From Acidimicrobiales bacterium (GTDB lineage: Bacteria > Actinomycetota > Acidimicrobiia > Acidimicrobiales > VFJN01): a stretch of 47,333 bases of DNA. Shown here one piece after another: positions 13,298-23,249 of the stretch. The stretch lies in assembly GCA_051306055.1 (NCBI GenBank), contig JBPPMN010000102.1:1-47333 (forward strand), in the 5' to 3' direction. A model generated the notes under the pieces. It worked only from the letters and a program-made list of their open reading frames with translations, was not told the DNA's origin and did no database searches. Both the position numbers and the translations under genes were made by a program. The number at the start of each line of letters is the position of its first letter. The first letter of the stretch is position 1.

Positions 13298-14286
13298 CCG
13301 GCGCCGTCTACGACCTGGGCTACCGCCCCTACGAGGGCGACCGCGGGGGCCGGTCAGCGGCCCGGGCCGCTCTGCTGCGCTCGTCGGTGCGCCGCGCCCT
13401 CGGCTGGCGCCGGCCCTGGCGCCAGAAGGTGGCCCCGTTCACGCTGCTGGCCATCGCGGTGGTGCCAGCCATCGTGAACGTGGGGGTGCGCTACCTCACC
13501 CGCGACACCGTCGCCTCCGAGATCGAGTTCATCACCTACCGCGAGTACGTGGGCGTCTCCAACGCGCTGCTGGTGTTCGTGGCCCTCACCGCCCCCGACA
13601 TCATGTGCCCCGACCGGCGCCAGCGCGTGCTGCCGCTCATCTTCGCCCGCCCCCTCACCGGGGTCGACTACGTGCTGGCCAAGGTGGGCGCCATGGCGGC
13701 CATCCTGTTCGCGTTCTCCTTCCTGCCCCAGGTGCTGCTCTTCGTGGGCCAGATGCTGGTGACCAACGATGGTGCCCTCACCTACGCCCGGGAGAACGCC
13801 GAGGTGATGTGGCAGGTGCCGCTGGCGGTGGGCCTGCAGTCGCTCTACTTCGCCGCCATCGGGGTGGCGGTGGCCTCGCTGGCCTCCCGCCGCATCATCG
13901 CCGGCGCGTCGATCGTGGGCCTCTTCCTCGTCACGTCCATCACCGCCGCGGTGCTCATCGGCCCGCAGGTGACCGAGACGAGGTTCGAGGGACCGGCCAC
14001 CACCACCGTCGACGGCGAGCCGGCGCCCGGGTTCGGGTTCGGCGACCCGGAGGGCGAGGAGCGGGTCGTCGTCGTCAACCGCAGCGAGCCCACCGCCGCA
14101 CCGCTCATCAACATCCTGTCCCTCCCGCTCGTGCTGCGCGACCTCGTGTTCCTCGGCGAGGTCGACCCCAGCCATCCGATGTCGGGCCTGGCCAACGGCG
14201 GCCTCTACGCCGTGATCGTGTTCCTGCTGGTGCTCGCTGCGGCCTTCGCGATCCTGTTCGTGCGCTACTACGAGGTGGAGCGGTGA
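13294..14286 (+). CDS. ABC-2 type permease
   Basis: ATGA overlap; MTGAVYDLGYRPYEG start; several hydrophobic segments; ARPLTGVDYVLAK loop. Confidence 0.85.
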   Translation: MTGAVYDLGYRPYEGDRGGRSAARAALLRSSVRRALGWRRPWRQKVAPFTLLAIAVVPAIVNVGVRYLTRDTVASEIEFITYREYVGVSNALLVFVALTAPDIMCPDRRQRVLPLIFARPLTGVDYVLAKVGAMAAILFAFSFLPQVLLFVGQMLVTNDGALTYARENAEVMWQVPLAVGLQSLYFAAIGVAVASLASRRIIAGASIVGLFLVTSITAAVLIGPQVTETRFEGPATTTVDGEPAPGFGFGDPEGEERVVVVNRSEPTAAPLINILSLPLVLRDLVFLGEVDPSHPMSGLANGGLYAVIVFLLVLAAAFAILFVRYYEVER

Positions 14287-15215
14287 CCCTCGACCCCGCC
14301 TTCGTCGACGCGCCCACGGTGGTGGCCACCGACGTCTCGGTCTGGTTCGGGCAGAAGGTGGCGCTGTCCGAGCTGAGCTGCTCGTTCGGGGCCGGCGTCA
14401 CCGGCCTGCTCGGACCCAACGGTGCCGGCAAGACCACCCTGATGCGGGCCATCACGGGCCTCCTGCCGGTCAACCAGGGCCACGTGCTGGTCGACGGCCG
14501 CTCGCCCCGCCAGCACCGCGAGGTGTTCCAGAAGCTGGCCCTCGTGCCCGAGGACGAGGCGGTGCCCCGAGGGCTCACCCCTCGCCAGCTGTGCGCGTAC
14601 GTGGCCGACCTGCACCGCATCACCGACCGGCGCATCGTCGACTGGGCCCTCGAGACGGTCGACATGGTGCCGGTCGCCGACCGCAGCATGGACGGCTTCA
14701 GCAAGGGGATGCGCCAGCGCTCCAAGGTGGCCGCCGCCCTCGTGAAGAACCCGCTGGTCCTGGTGCTCGACGAACCCCTCAACGGCGCCGACCCCATCCA
14801 GCGCCACCGCCTGATCGAGCTGTTCAAGCGCCTCGGCGCCGAGGGCCGCACCGTGATCGTGAGCTCCCACGTGCTCCACGAGGTGGAGGCCATGGCCGAC
14901 CGCGTGATCGTGGTGGTGCGGGGTCGCCTGGCCGCGGCCGGTGGCCACCGCGCCATCCGCGACACCATGGACCAGGTGCCCCGGCAGGTGCTGGTGCGCA
15001 CCGAGTCGGCCCGCCGCCTCGCCAGCGCGCTGCTGGCCAACGACGTCGTGTCGGGCATCACGGTCGACGGCGACACCCTGGTGGTGTCGAGCACGCAGGC
15101 GCGCGAGCTGGCCGTGCTGCTCCCGCAGGTGGCGCGCGACCTGTCGGCCGCCCTCACCGAGGTGCGCCCCCTCGACGACTCCCTCGAGAGCCTCTTCCGG
15201 GAGCTGGTCCGATGA
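14283..15215 (+). CDS. ABC transporter ATP-binding protein
   Basis: GTGA overlap; GPNGAGKT, FSKGMRQR, VLDEPLNG. Confidence 0.92.
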   Translation: MTLDPAFVDAPTVVATDVSVWFGQKVALSELSCSFGAGVTGLLGPNGAGKTTLMRAITGLLPVNQGHVLVDGRSPRQHREVFQKLALVPEDEAVPRGLTPRQLCAYVADLHRITDRRIVDWALETVDMVPVADRSMDGFSKGMRQRSKVAAALVKNPLVLVLDEPLNGADPIQRHRLIELFKRLGAEGRTVIVSSHVLHEVEAMADRVIVVVRGRLAAAGGHRAIRDTMDQVPRQVLVRTESARRLASALLANDVVSGITVDGDTLVVSSTQARELAVLLPQVARDLSAALTEVRPLDDSLESLFRELVR

Positions 15216-15949
15216 CCGCCCGACCTCCCTTCGTGGCCATGACGGCCTACGCCCTGCGGGCCAGCGTGCCCGGCAAGCGCTGGATCGGCGTGCTCCTTCC
15301 CTGCGCGGCGGCTGTGCTCTTCGGGCTCCTCGCCTCCACCATCGACGACACCCCGGTCCGCAGCTTCGCCGAGGTGGCGGGCATCGCCCTCTTCGGCCTC
15401 GTGCTCCCGGTGACGTGCCTCGTGATCGGCGACGGCGTGCTCGGGGCCGAGGTGCGCAGCGGCGCCTTCGCCTTCACCTGGCTGGCCCCCGTGCCGGGCT
15501 GGCAGGTGGTGGTGGCCCGGTGGCTGGGCGGTTCGCTGGTGGCGTCGGCGGCCCTCGGCGTCGCCTTCGCGCTGGCGGCGGTGGTGGCCGGGGCGGGAGA
15601 GCTGGCCGTGCCTGTGGCGCTGGGGGCCGCGTTCGGTGCCCAGGCCTACGTGGCGGTGTTCCTGGCCATCGGCGTGGTCGCCCGGAGGGCGGCCGTGTGG
15701 TCGTTGGCCTTCGTGTTCCTGGTGGAGCGGCTGCTGGGCGCCGCCCTCTCGGGCGTGGCGCAGCTGTCGCCGTCGTGGGAGGCGCGGGCCGTGTTCATCG
15801 GGCTGGGCGACGTGCCCGAGGACCTCGTGCGCGACGGCATCCCCCACGGCGGTGCCGCCATGGTGCGCCTCGTGCTGATCTCGGCCGTGGCCCTGGCCCT
15901 GGCCGCCCAGCGCCTGGGACACCTGCGCCTCACCGGCGCGGCCGACTGA
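15212..15949 (+). CDS. ABC-2 type permease
   Basis: ATGA overlap; about 6 hydrophobic helices; GAEVRSG motif. Confidence 0.85.
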   Translation: MTARPPFVAMTAYALRASVPGKRWIGVLLPCAAAVLFGLLASTIDDTPVRSFAEVAGIALFGLVLPVTCLVIGDGVLGAEVRSGAFAFTWLAPVPGWQVVVARWLGGSLVASAALGVAFALAAVVAGAGELAVPVALGAAFGAQAYVAVFLAIGVVARRAAVWSLAFVFLVERLLGAALSGVAQLSPSWEARAVFIGLGDVPEDLVRDGIPHGGAAMVRLVLISAVALALAAQRLGHLRLTGAAD

Positions 15950-15952
15950 CCG

Positions 15953-16555
15953 TCAGGCGCTCAGCAGGCGCAGCACCATGAGCCGCACGGCCTCGGAGGT
16001 GCGCGACGCGGACAGGCCCTGGGCCGAGCGCAGCTGATCCCACACCTCGAACGACAGCGCCGCCTCCACCGCCGCGGCGGTGGCCGGCTGCGGCCGGTCG
16101 GCCAGCTCGCCGGCGAACACCCGCTCCACCTCGGAGCGGAGCCACCCCCGGGCCCGGGCGAGCTGCTCCTGCAGCGCCGGCGACTCGGCGGCGGCGCGCA
16201 GAGCCGCTCGACGGATCGGAGCGATCGTCTCGTAGAGACGGGAGTTGAGCTCCACCATCGAACGGATCCGCACATCCACCGTGCCGGTGGCCATGACGTC
16301 GACGAAGAGGTGGCGGATCCGGGAGATCTGCCGGGAGGCCGCCGCGGTGTGCAGCGTCTCCACGTCGTCGAAGATCCGGAAGATCGAACGCAGCGACACG
16401 CCGGCCCGCTCCGCCACCTGCTGGGCGGTGGGCCGGGGCACGCCCTCGTCGAGCAGGTCGAGGAGGGCGTCGACGGCCAGGTCGCGGCTGCGGTGACGCC
16501 GCGCCCGCCGACCGTCCGCCGGCAGGTCGCCAGGAGTGAGGGCCGCCGCAGTCAC
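15953..16555 (-). CDS. TetR family transcriptional regulator
   Basis: DGRRARR..., PTAQQVAERAGVSLRSIFRIF HTH. Confidence 0.9.
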   Translation of the reverse strand: MTAAALTPGDLPADGRRARRHRSRDLAVDALLDLLDEGVPRPTAQQVAERAGVSLRSIFRIFDDVETLHTAAASRQISRIRHLFVDVMATGTVDVRIRSMVELNSRLYETIAPIRRAALRAAAESPALQEQLARARGWLRSEVERVFAGELADRPQPATAAAVEAALSFEVWDQLRSAQGLSASRTSEAVRLMVLRLLSA

Positions 16556-16589
16556 GGGGTGACCCTAACCGGGTCCGCTCGTCGCTGGC

Positions 16590-16649
16590 CTAGGTGAGGA
16601 TCAGGATCAGGATGATGATGAGAACGATGGCGCCGATGCCGATGTACAT
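16590..16649 (-). CDS. 19-aa hydrophobic microprotein MYIGIGAIVLIIILILILT (absent from the ORF track)
   Basis: ATG...TAG, GGAGG RBS 5 nt upstream, almost all codons end in G/C. Confidence 0.7.
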   Translation of the reverse strand: MYIGIGAIVLIIILILILT

Positions 16650-16707
16650 GATTTCCTCCGGGGGCTGTAGTTGATGACGTGTTTCGTCGTGTGGGTCCCA
16701 CCCGGAC

Positions 16708-16734
16708 GTTCCCCGGTGGCCAGCTCCGCAAACC
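16708..16734 (-). promoter_or_regulatory. SigF/SigB-type promoter for the microprotein (GGTTT-N16-GGGAAC)
   Basis: Minus strand GGTTT gcggagctggccaccg GGGAAC; adjacent to a SigF-type gene. Confidence 0.6.
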
Positions 16735-16789
16735 CGCAGCGTGCGACCAGGGTCACGATCGGTGGGCCGTGCCCAGTAGCCTCCCCCCG

Positions 16790-17554
16790 ATGTCAGAGGA
16801 CGAGCGGGAAGACGAGCAGCGGCAGTTCACCGAGCTGCGCCGCGGCAAGAGCTCCTCCCTGCGCGACCAGCTGATCGAGGAGCACATGTGGCTCGCTCGG
16901 CACTGCGCCCGCCGCTTCAGCGGCAAGGGCGAGTCGCCCGACGACCTCCTGCAGGTGGCCAACATGGCCTTGGTGAAGGCGGTCGACCGGTTCGATCCGT
17001 CGTTCAAGGTCCGCTTCGCCACCTTCGCCGTCCCCACCATCACCGGCGAGCTGCGCCGCCACTTCCGCGACCGCACCTGGTCGATGCGGGTCAGCCGCCG
17101 CCTGAAGGACCTCCACCTCGAGCTCAAGTCGGTGAGCGAGCAGATGGCCCACGACCTGGGCCGGGCGCCCAGCGTCGACGAGCTGGCCGCCGCCCTCGAC
17201 GTCACCCCTGAGCAGGTGCTGGAGGCACTGGAGGCCGGGGCCGCCTACCGGGCCTCCAGCCTCGACGCCCCGGTGGGCGGCGAGGGCGAGGAGGGCATCA
17301 TCCCGGGTGAGACCCACGGGGAGCTCGAGGACACCGGCGTGCGCGTGATGCTCCAGGAGGCCATGTCCAACCTCCCCGAGCGCGAGCGCCGGGTGGTCTA
17401 CCTGCGCTTCTACCTGGGCCTCACCCAATCGGAGATCGCCGAGGAGATCGGCGTCAGCCAGGTGCACGTGTCGCGCATCTTGCGGGCCACGCTGGCCCAG
17501 CTGGCCGACGAGCTCGGGACCGACGTGGCCGACACCGCCTTCGATGCTGGTTGA
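16790..17554 (+). CDS. RNA polymerase sigma factor, SigB/SigF/SigG family
   Basis: DDLLQVA-LVKAVDRFDP, FATFAVPTITGELRRHFRD, TQSEIAEEIGVSQVHVSR; TAGCCT -10 lies 7 nt before ATG 16790. Confidence 0.94.
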   Translation: MSEDEREDEQRQFTELRRGKSSSLRDQLIEEHMWLARHCARRFSGKGESPDDLLQVANMALVKAVDRFDPSFKVRFATFAVPTITGELRRHFRDRTWSMRVSRRLKDLHLELKSVSEQMAHDLGRAPSVDELAAALDVTPEQVLEALEAGAAYRASSLDAPVGGEGEEGIIPGETHGELEDTGVRVMLQEAMSNLPERERRVVYLRFYLGLTQSEIAEEIGVSQVHVSRILRATLAQLADELGTDVADTAFDAG

Positions 17555-17623
17555 GCACGATCGTTCGGAGCCGGTCGGTGGGCCGTGTAGCCTGCGCACC
17601 GCAGTTCGTCCACCACGGAGAGC

Positions 17624-17971
17624 GTGATGCCGTCAGCGCCGCAAGGCTTCTCAGTCGAGGTGGGCCCCCCCGAGGCGGGTGCCACCATGATCCGCGTGCA
17701 CGGCGAGCTCGACATGAGCACGTCGCCGGAGCTCGCCACCGCGGCCACCAAGGCCGGAGCCGATGCCAGCCAGGTGGTGCTCGACCTGAGCGGGGTCACC
17801 TTCCTCGACTCGTCGGCCATCGGCGCCCTGGTGGCGGTGGGCACCGAGCTGTCTGGCTCCGGCAGCCGGTTGCAGATCGGCCCCCGCTCCGACGTGGTCA
17901 GCCGGGTGCTGGAGATCACCGGCCTGGCCGAGCCCTCCGACGCCTTCGACGTCCTGCCCGACCCGTCCTGA
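17624..17971 (+). CDS. STAS-domain anti-sigma factor antagonist
   Basis: VHGELDMST, VVLDLSGVTFLDSSAIG, VSRVLEITGL. Confidence 0.92.
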   Translation: MMPSAPQGFSVEVGPPEAGATMIRVHGELDMSTSPELATAATKAGADASQVVLDLSGVTFLDSSAIGALVAVGTELSGSGSRLQIGPRSDVVSRVLEITGLAEPSDAFDVLPDPS

Positions 17972-17992
17972 CCTCCAGGGGAGGGCCACACC

Positions 17993-18397
17993 ATGTCGCA
18001 GCCTGACCGATCCGCCAGCCCCACCGATGCCACGCTGCAGCTGGTGCTGCCAGCCGACCCCCGGATGCTGCGCGTGCTGCGCCTGGTGGCCAGCGGTGTG
18101 GCCTCCCTCGGGGCCTTCGACATCGAGTCGATCGAGGAGGTGCGGGTGGCCGTCGACGAGCTCGGCAGCACCCTGATCAGCGCCAGCGCCGGCGCGCCGA
18201 TCTCCCTCACCTTCGCCCTCACCGACCACGGCCTGTCGGTCGACGGCAGCACCGAGCTGGGCGACGACGCCTTCGCCATCGACCCCCTCACCGACCGCAT
18301 GCTCGCGGTGGTGGCCTCCAGCCACAGCTGGAACAGCGCCGACGGCGTCGGCCAGGGTCGCATCGAGAAGCACCTGCCCAGCGCCAACGGCGCCTGA
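17993..18397 (+). CDS. Anti-sigma regulatory factor (RsbW-like, degenerate HATPase)
   Basis: LVLPADPRMLRVLR...FDIESIEEVRVAVDEL; position after sigma and STAS genes. Confidence 0.75.
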   Translation: MSQPDRSASPTDATLQLVLPADPRMLRVLRLVASGVASLGAFDIESIEEVRVAVDELGSTLISASAGAPISLTFALTDHGLSVDGSTELGDDAFAIDPLTDRMLAVVASSHSWNSADGVGQGRIEKHLPSANGA

Positions 18398-18409
18398 GAG
18401 CGCCTCGGC

Positions 18410-20119
18410 TCAGCCGGGCGCGGAGCGGGCGCCGCGCAGCAGCCGGCCCGGGAGCGCCTCGGTGGGCTCGCCGCGCTCGTAGGTGACCTGACCCCGCACC
18501 ACCGTGGCCACGTAGCCGTCGGCCCTCTGGAGCAGCCGCTTGCCGCCGGCGGGCAGGTCGTGGGCCATCTCGGGTCGCCGCACCCGCAGGGCGTCGTAGT
18601 CGATCAGGTTGACGTCGGCCCGGTAGCCCGGGGCCAGCACGCCGCGGTCGAGCAGGCCGACCGTCTCTGCGGTGTCCTTGGTGTGCTGGCGGACGAGGTA
18701 GGCGAGGTCGAGGCGCCCCCGTTCGCGGTCGCGGCCCCAGTACGACAGGAACGTGGTGGGGAAGCTGGCGTCGCAGATCGTGCCCACGTGGGCGCCGCCG
18801 TCGGACAGGCCGGGCACGGTGTGGGGGTGGGCCAGCATCTCGCCCACGCCGTCGAGGGTGCCGTCGAACCAGTTGATGATGGGCACGTAGAGGAACGTGC
18901 GTCCCTCGTCTTGAGCGAAGAGGTCGTAGGCGAGGTCGAGCGCGGTGCGGCCCTCCCTGGCGGCCCGGGCTTCGACGCTCGTCGAGGGGTCGGGCTCGTA
19001 GTCGGGCGGGTCGCCCAGCTCGAACATCCGCTCCGCGCCGCCCAGCGGTCGCTCGGCCGCGGCCAGGAAGCGCTCCTTGAAGCTGGGCTCGGCCATGGCC
19101 CGGGCCTGCTCGGCCACGGACAGGCCCGCGATCTCCGACCACACGGGGTTCCCGGCCAGCGGGTTGATGGTGCACTGCAGGCCCACCAGGATGCCGATGG
19201 CCCGAGCGGCGGCCTGGCCCCGCATCCGCACCCCCTCGGCGTTGGCCAGCTCGAGGAGCTCGAGCTGGCGGGGGTACTTGGCCGGGTCGATGCCGGCCAG
19301 GGAGAACGACAGCGGTCGCCCCGAGGCCTCGGCCATCGAGCGGAACAGTGCGAACTCGGCGTCGACGTCGTCGAAGTCCGACACCAGCTGCAGCACCCCG
19401 GTGCCGGTGGCACCGATGGCCCGGGCGATCCCGAGCAGCTCGTCGGCCTCGGCCGTGAGCGTGGGGGTGAGCTCGCCGTTGGAGCTGCGGTGGTTGCGGG
19501 TGCGCGAGCTGCTGAAGCCGATGGCGCCGGCCTCCACGGCCTGGCGGGCCAGCGTGGCCATGGCCTCGATGTCGTCGGGCGTGGCCGCCTCGCGCTGGGC
19601 ACCCCTCTCGCCCATCACGTGGAGGCGCAGGGCGCCGTGGGGCACGTGCGTGGCCAGGTCGACGTCGTACGAGCGGTCGTCGAGGGCGTCGAGGAACTCG
19701 GGGAACGACTCCCACGTCCACGGCAGGCCCTCGTGGAGGGCGGCCCCGGGGATGTCCTCCACCCCCTCCATGAGCTGGATGAGGCGGTCGTGGTCGGCGG
19801 GGCGGACCGGCGCGAAGCCGACCCCGCAGTTGCCGGCCACCACGGTGGTGACGCCGTGCCAGGCCGACGGGATGAGCCGGTCGTCCCAGGTGGCCTGGCC
19901 GTCGTAGTGCACGTGGATGTCGACGAGCCCAGGGGTCACGAGCAGGCCGTCGGCCTGGAGCTCCTGCGTGGCGGTGCCGTCGACGCGCCCCACCTCGGTG
20001 ATGACGCCGTCGGTGACGGCGACATCGGCGGTGCGGGCCGGGGCCCCGGTGCCGTCGAGCACGGTGCCGCCCCGGATGATCAGGTCGTGGGCGGCCACGT
20101 CAGACGAGGATGCGCTCAT
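18410..20119 (-). CDS. N-acyl-D-amino-acid deacylase family amidohydrolase
   Basis: IRGGTVLDGTG, PGLVDIHVHYD, GVTTVVAGNCG, SDGGAH, GYRADVNLID. Confidence 0.9.
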   Translation of the reverse strand: MSASSSDVAAHDLIIRGGTVLDGTGAPARTADVAVTDGVITEVGRVDGTATQELQADGLLVTPGLVDIHVHYDGQATWDDRLIPSAWHGVTTVVAGNCGVGFAPVRPADHDRLIQLMEGVEDIPGAALHEGLPWTWESFPEFLDALDDRSYDVDLATHVPHGALRLHVMGERGAQREAATPDDIEAMATLARQAVEAGAIGFSSSRTRNHRSSNGELTPTLTAEADELLGIARAIGATGTGVLQLVSDFDDVDAEFALFRSMAEASGRPLSFSLAGIDPAKYPRQLELLELANAEGVRMRGQAAARAIGILVGLQCTINPLAGNPVWSEIAGLSVAEQARAMAEPSFKERFLAAAERPLGGAERMFELGDPPDYEPDPSTSVEARAAREGRTALDLAYDLFAQDEGRTFLYVPIINWFDGTLDGVGEMLAHPHTVPGLSDGGAHVGTICDASFPTTFLSYWGRDRERGRLDLAYLVRQHTKDTAETVGLLDRGVLAPGYRADVNLIDYDALRVRRPEMAHDLPAGGKRLLQRADGYVATVVRGQVTYERGEPTEALPGRLLRGARSAPG

Positions 20120-20588
20120 CGGGGGCGGGCACGCCCACCACCGCCATGGCCCGGCCCATGCCGAGGAACATGCCGCAGCACATCACGAGGTCGGCCACCT
20201 CGTCGTCGCTGAAGGCGCCGCGCAGGCGGGTCCAGAAGGCATCGTCCATGGCCTGGTGGTCGAGGGCGAAGCGCTGCGCGAACTCCGCGGCCAGCCGTTC
20301 CCGGTCGCTGAGCGCCTCGCTGGCCCGCCAGTCGGCCACCTCGGCGTAGAAGCCCTCGTCGACGGCGTGGTCGGCGGCCTGCTTGGCCCGGGTGTCCTGG
20401 CAGACCAGGCAGTGGTTGATGAGGGCGATGGTGTAGCGGGCGGCCTCCCGCTCGCGCAGCGGGAGGCGGGTGTTGCCGTAGACGGCGTCGGCCAGCTGCC
20501 CCATGCCCATCGCCATCTCCGGGCGGTGCAGGGCCCAGTCGACGTGCTCACCCATCCCGCTCGGCGGCGGGAGCTCGATGCGTGCCAT
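20100..20588 (-). CDS. Carboxymuconolactone decarboxylase/AhpD-like protein
   Basis: LPLREREAAR-IALINHCLVC (CxxC), LSDRERLA, FSDDEVADL; TAGGGT -10 7 nt before the ATG. Confidence 0.8.
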   Translation of the reverse strand: MARIELPPPSGMGEHVDWALHRPEMAMGMGQLADAVYGNTRLPLREREAARYTIALINHCLVCQDTRAKQAADHAVDEGFYAEVADWRASEALSDRERLAAEFAQRFALDHQAMDDAFWTRLRGAFSDDEVADLVMCCGMFLGMGRAMAVVGVPAPDERILV

Positions 20589-20632
20589 GGGCGAGACCCT
20601 ACCGACGGCCGGCCGGCAGGGCTCGCCGTGGC

Positions 20633-23056
20633 TCAGACGGAGGCCAGCTCGGGCTCGTCGAGGTCGTCGAGCTCCTCGTGGGCGGCGGCGGTGTCGGGCG
20701 TGCCCTCCACGTTGATGGTGGGCAGGATGCGGTCGAGCCAGCGCGGCAGCCACCAGTTGCGGTCGCCGAGGAGCTCCATCGTGGCGGGCACCAGGAGCAT
20801 CCGCACCACGGTGGCGTCGAGGAAGATGGCGGTGGCCAGCCCCACGCCGAAGAGCTTGAAGGTGCGGTCGTTCTCGAGCAGGAACGCCCCGAAGATGAAC
20901 ACCATGATGGCGGCGGCGGCGGTGATGACCCGGGCTGTGGCGGCCAGGCCGTTGGCCACCGAGGTGTGGCTGTCGCCGGTGCGGACGTACTCCTCCTTGA
21001 TCCGGGACAGCAGGAACACCTCGTAGTCCATGGAGAGCCCGAAGACGATGGCGAAGAGCATCATCGGGGCGAAGGTCTCGATGGGCCCGGGGGCCAGGCC
21101 GGTGAGGTCGCTGAACCAACCCCACTGCACGAGGGCCACCATGATCCCGTAGGCGGCACCGATCGAGAGCAGGTTCATGATCACCGCCTTGAGCGGCACC
21201 AGCAGCGAGCGGAAGACCAGCATCAGCAGCAGGAACGAGAGCACCAGCACGGCGGCGAAGAAGAACGGCATCCGGCTGCTGAGCAGCTCAGAGAAGTCCA
21301 CCGTCGACGGCACCTGCCCGGTGACGGCCACCTCGGCCCCGAGCGCGGCCTCGCCCTCGTCGAGCACGTCGTCGCGCAGGCGGTTCACCAGCGCGGTGGT
21401 CTCGGCGTCCTGGGGCGACGAGGTGGGGGTGACCTGCCACAGGAAGGCCTGGCCCGACTCGGCCGGGATGGGCGGCGACACGAAGGCCACGCCGGGATCG
21501 GCGGCCACGGCGTCGGTGATGCCGGCCAGCACGTCGGGGTCGGCCGGTCCCTCGAGCTGGGTGGCCAGGAAGAACGGGCCGTTGAAGCCCGGCCCGAAGC
21601 CCTCGGCCAGCAGGTCGTAGGCCTCGCGGGTGGTGGTGCCCTCGGCGAAGTTGCCCTCGTCGGAGAAGCCGAGGCGCAGGCCGAGCACGGGGATCGACAG
21701 CACCAGCAGCAGCAGGGCACCACCGATGGCGGCCGGCCACGGGTTGCGCTGGATGAAGCGGCTCCAGCGGTAGGCGAAGGTCTCCCGCAGCGGCCGGGGC
21801 GGCCGGCGGCGCAGCTCCTTGCGCAGCGGGGCCACGGCGAAGCCGAGGGCCAGCACCACGATGGCCAGGGGGAAGCCGACCATGAGCGGGGCTGCCTTGA
21901 GGCCGACGCCGACCAGGCCGAGGGCCACGAAGCCGGTGGCCACGATCCCCCGCCAGCGGGTGACCTCCACCCGCTCGCCGGCGAAGCCCAGCAGGGCGGG
22001 CAGCAGCGTGAGCGACGCCACCACGGTCATGGCCACCACCACGGCGGCGCTGATGGCCAGGCCCTGGATGAAGGCCACGCCCATCACGAGCATGCCGAGG
22101 AAGGAGATCACCACGGTGACGCCGGCGAAGGCCACCGAGCGCCCGGCGGTGTCGATGGCGATGGCCGTCGCCTCCTCCGGGCTGTGGCCGTGGTGGAGGT
22201 TCTCGCGGTAGCGGGTGACGATCAGCAGCGCGTAGTCGATGCCGACGCCGAGCCCGATCATGATCCCGAGGAAGGGGGCGAAGTCGGGCATCTCGATGAG
22301 GTTCGACAGCACCGTGACCACCATCGAGCCGGCGATGATGCCGGCCAGGGCCACGCCGATGGGGAGGCCCATGGCCAGCACCGAGCCGAAGGCCACCACG
22401 AGGATGATGGTGGCGAAGGCCAGGCCGAGGATCTCGGCAGAGGGCTCCTCGAACTCACCAAGGGCGCCACCGCCCAGCTCCACCTGGAGACCGTCGACGG
22501 CAGGCAGCAGGTGCTCGAGGGTGCGGCCGATCTCGCCGGCCTCCTCCCAGTCGTCGCCGGGGATCTCGAGCTGGGCGAAGGCGATGGTGCCCGCCACCTC
22601 GGGGCGGGTGGCGACCTGCCGGGCGCCCGCTTCCTCGTAGGGGCTCACCAGGGTGATGCCCGCCAGCAGCTCCAGCGGCGAGCCCTCGAGAGCGGTGAGG
22701 GCGTCGTCGTCGAGGTGGGCCAGCGCCGGCGTCGAGCGCACGTCGAGCTCGGGGTCCTCGGCCAGCGCGGTGATGGCGCCGAAGGTCTGCTCCATGGCCT
22801 CCTGGACGGCGGGGTCGGTGACGCCCTGCCCGGCCTGGAACACGATCGTGCCCTGCACGCCCGCCCCCTGGCCACCGAACTCCTCCTCGAGGATGTCGAG
22901 GCCGCGTGTGCTCTCGAAGTCGGGGGCGGTGAAGTCCTGACCGAACTTGCCGCCGACGGCGCCGGAGATCGAGCCGACGACGACGATGCCGATGAGCCAG
23001 GCGATGGCCACCAGCTTGCGCTGGCGGAAGCACCAGGAGCCGAGACGAGCGAACAC
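20633..23056 (-). CDS. MMPL/RND family transporter
   Basis: Two repeats with [11 protein letters not shown] and [11 protein letters not shown]; GFGPGFNGP; GGAGG RBS before GTG 23056. Confidence 0.92.
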   Translation of the reverse strand: MFARLGSWCFRQRKLVAIAWLIGIVVVGSISGAVGGKFGQDFTAPDFESTRGLDILEEEFGGQGAGVQGTIVFQAGQGVTDPAVQEAMEQTFGAITALAEDPELDVRSTPALAHLDDDALTALEGSPLELLAGITLVSPYEEAGARQVATRPEVAGTIAFAQLEIPGDDWEEAGEIGRTLEHLLPAVDGLQVELGGGALGEFEEPSAEILGLAFATIILVVAFGSVLAMGLPIGVALAGIIAGSMVVTVLSNLIEMPDFAPFLGIMIGLGVGIDYALLIVTRYRENLHHGHSPEEATAIAIDTAGRSVAFAGVTVVISFLGMLVMGVAFIQGLAISAAVVVAMTVVASLTLLPALLGFAGERVEVTRWRGIVATGFVALGLVGVGLKAAPLMVGFPLAIVVLALGFAVAPLRKELRRRPPRPLRETFAYRWSRFIQRNPWPAAIGGALLLLVLSIPVLGLRLGFSDEGNFAEGTTTREAYDLLAEGFGPGFNGPFFLATQLEGPADPDVLAGITDAVAADPGVAFVSPPIPAESGQAFLWQVTPTSSPQDAETTALVNRLRDDVLDEGEAALGAEVAVTGQVPSTVDFSELLSSRMPFFFAAVLVLSFLLLMLVFRSLLVPLKAVIMNLLSIGAAYGIMVALVQWGWFSDLTGLAPGPIETFAPMMLFAIVFGLSMDYEVFLLSRIKEEYVRTGDSHTSVANGLAATARVITAAAAIMVFIFGAFLLENDRTFKLFGVGLATAIFLDATVVRMLLVPATMELLGDRNWWLPRWLDRILPTINVEGTPDTAAAHEELDDLDEPELASV

Positions 23057-23222
23057 GGGGGGGACCTCCGGGGGAGTCGAGCGAGGGGTACCGGTGAGAC
23101 GGAGCTCGACCGCCGGGGTCATCGCCGCACCGATGCTGACGAGCAACCTACGACGGCCGGGCGCGTTCGCAATCAGGGATCCCCCTGACTGTGACGCATG
23201 TCATGGGGGCCCGATTAGGGTC

Positions 23223-23237
23223 CTGACGACCCGTCAG
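23223..23237. promoter_or_regulatory. Palindromic operator CTGACG-N3-CGTCAG
   Basis: Perfect 6-3-6 inverted repeat just after TAGGGT (-10-like) and before the SDR RBS; second copy at 32801-32819. Confidence 0.55.
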
Positions 23238-23249
23238 ATGAGGAGCGAC

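Noticed and set aside
15946-15956. CTGAC-C-GTCAG as a third copy of the operator
   Set aside because: Wrong spacing, and it lies at the 3' ends of convergent genes, partly formed by a stop codon
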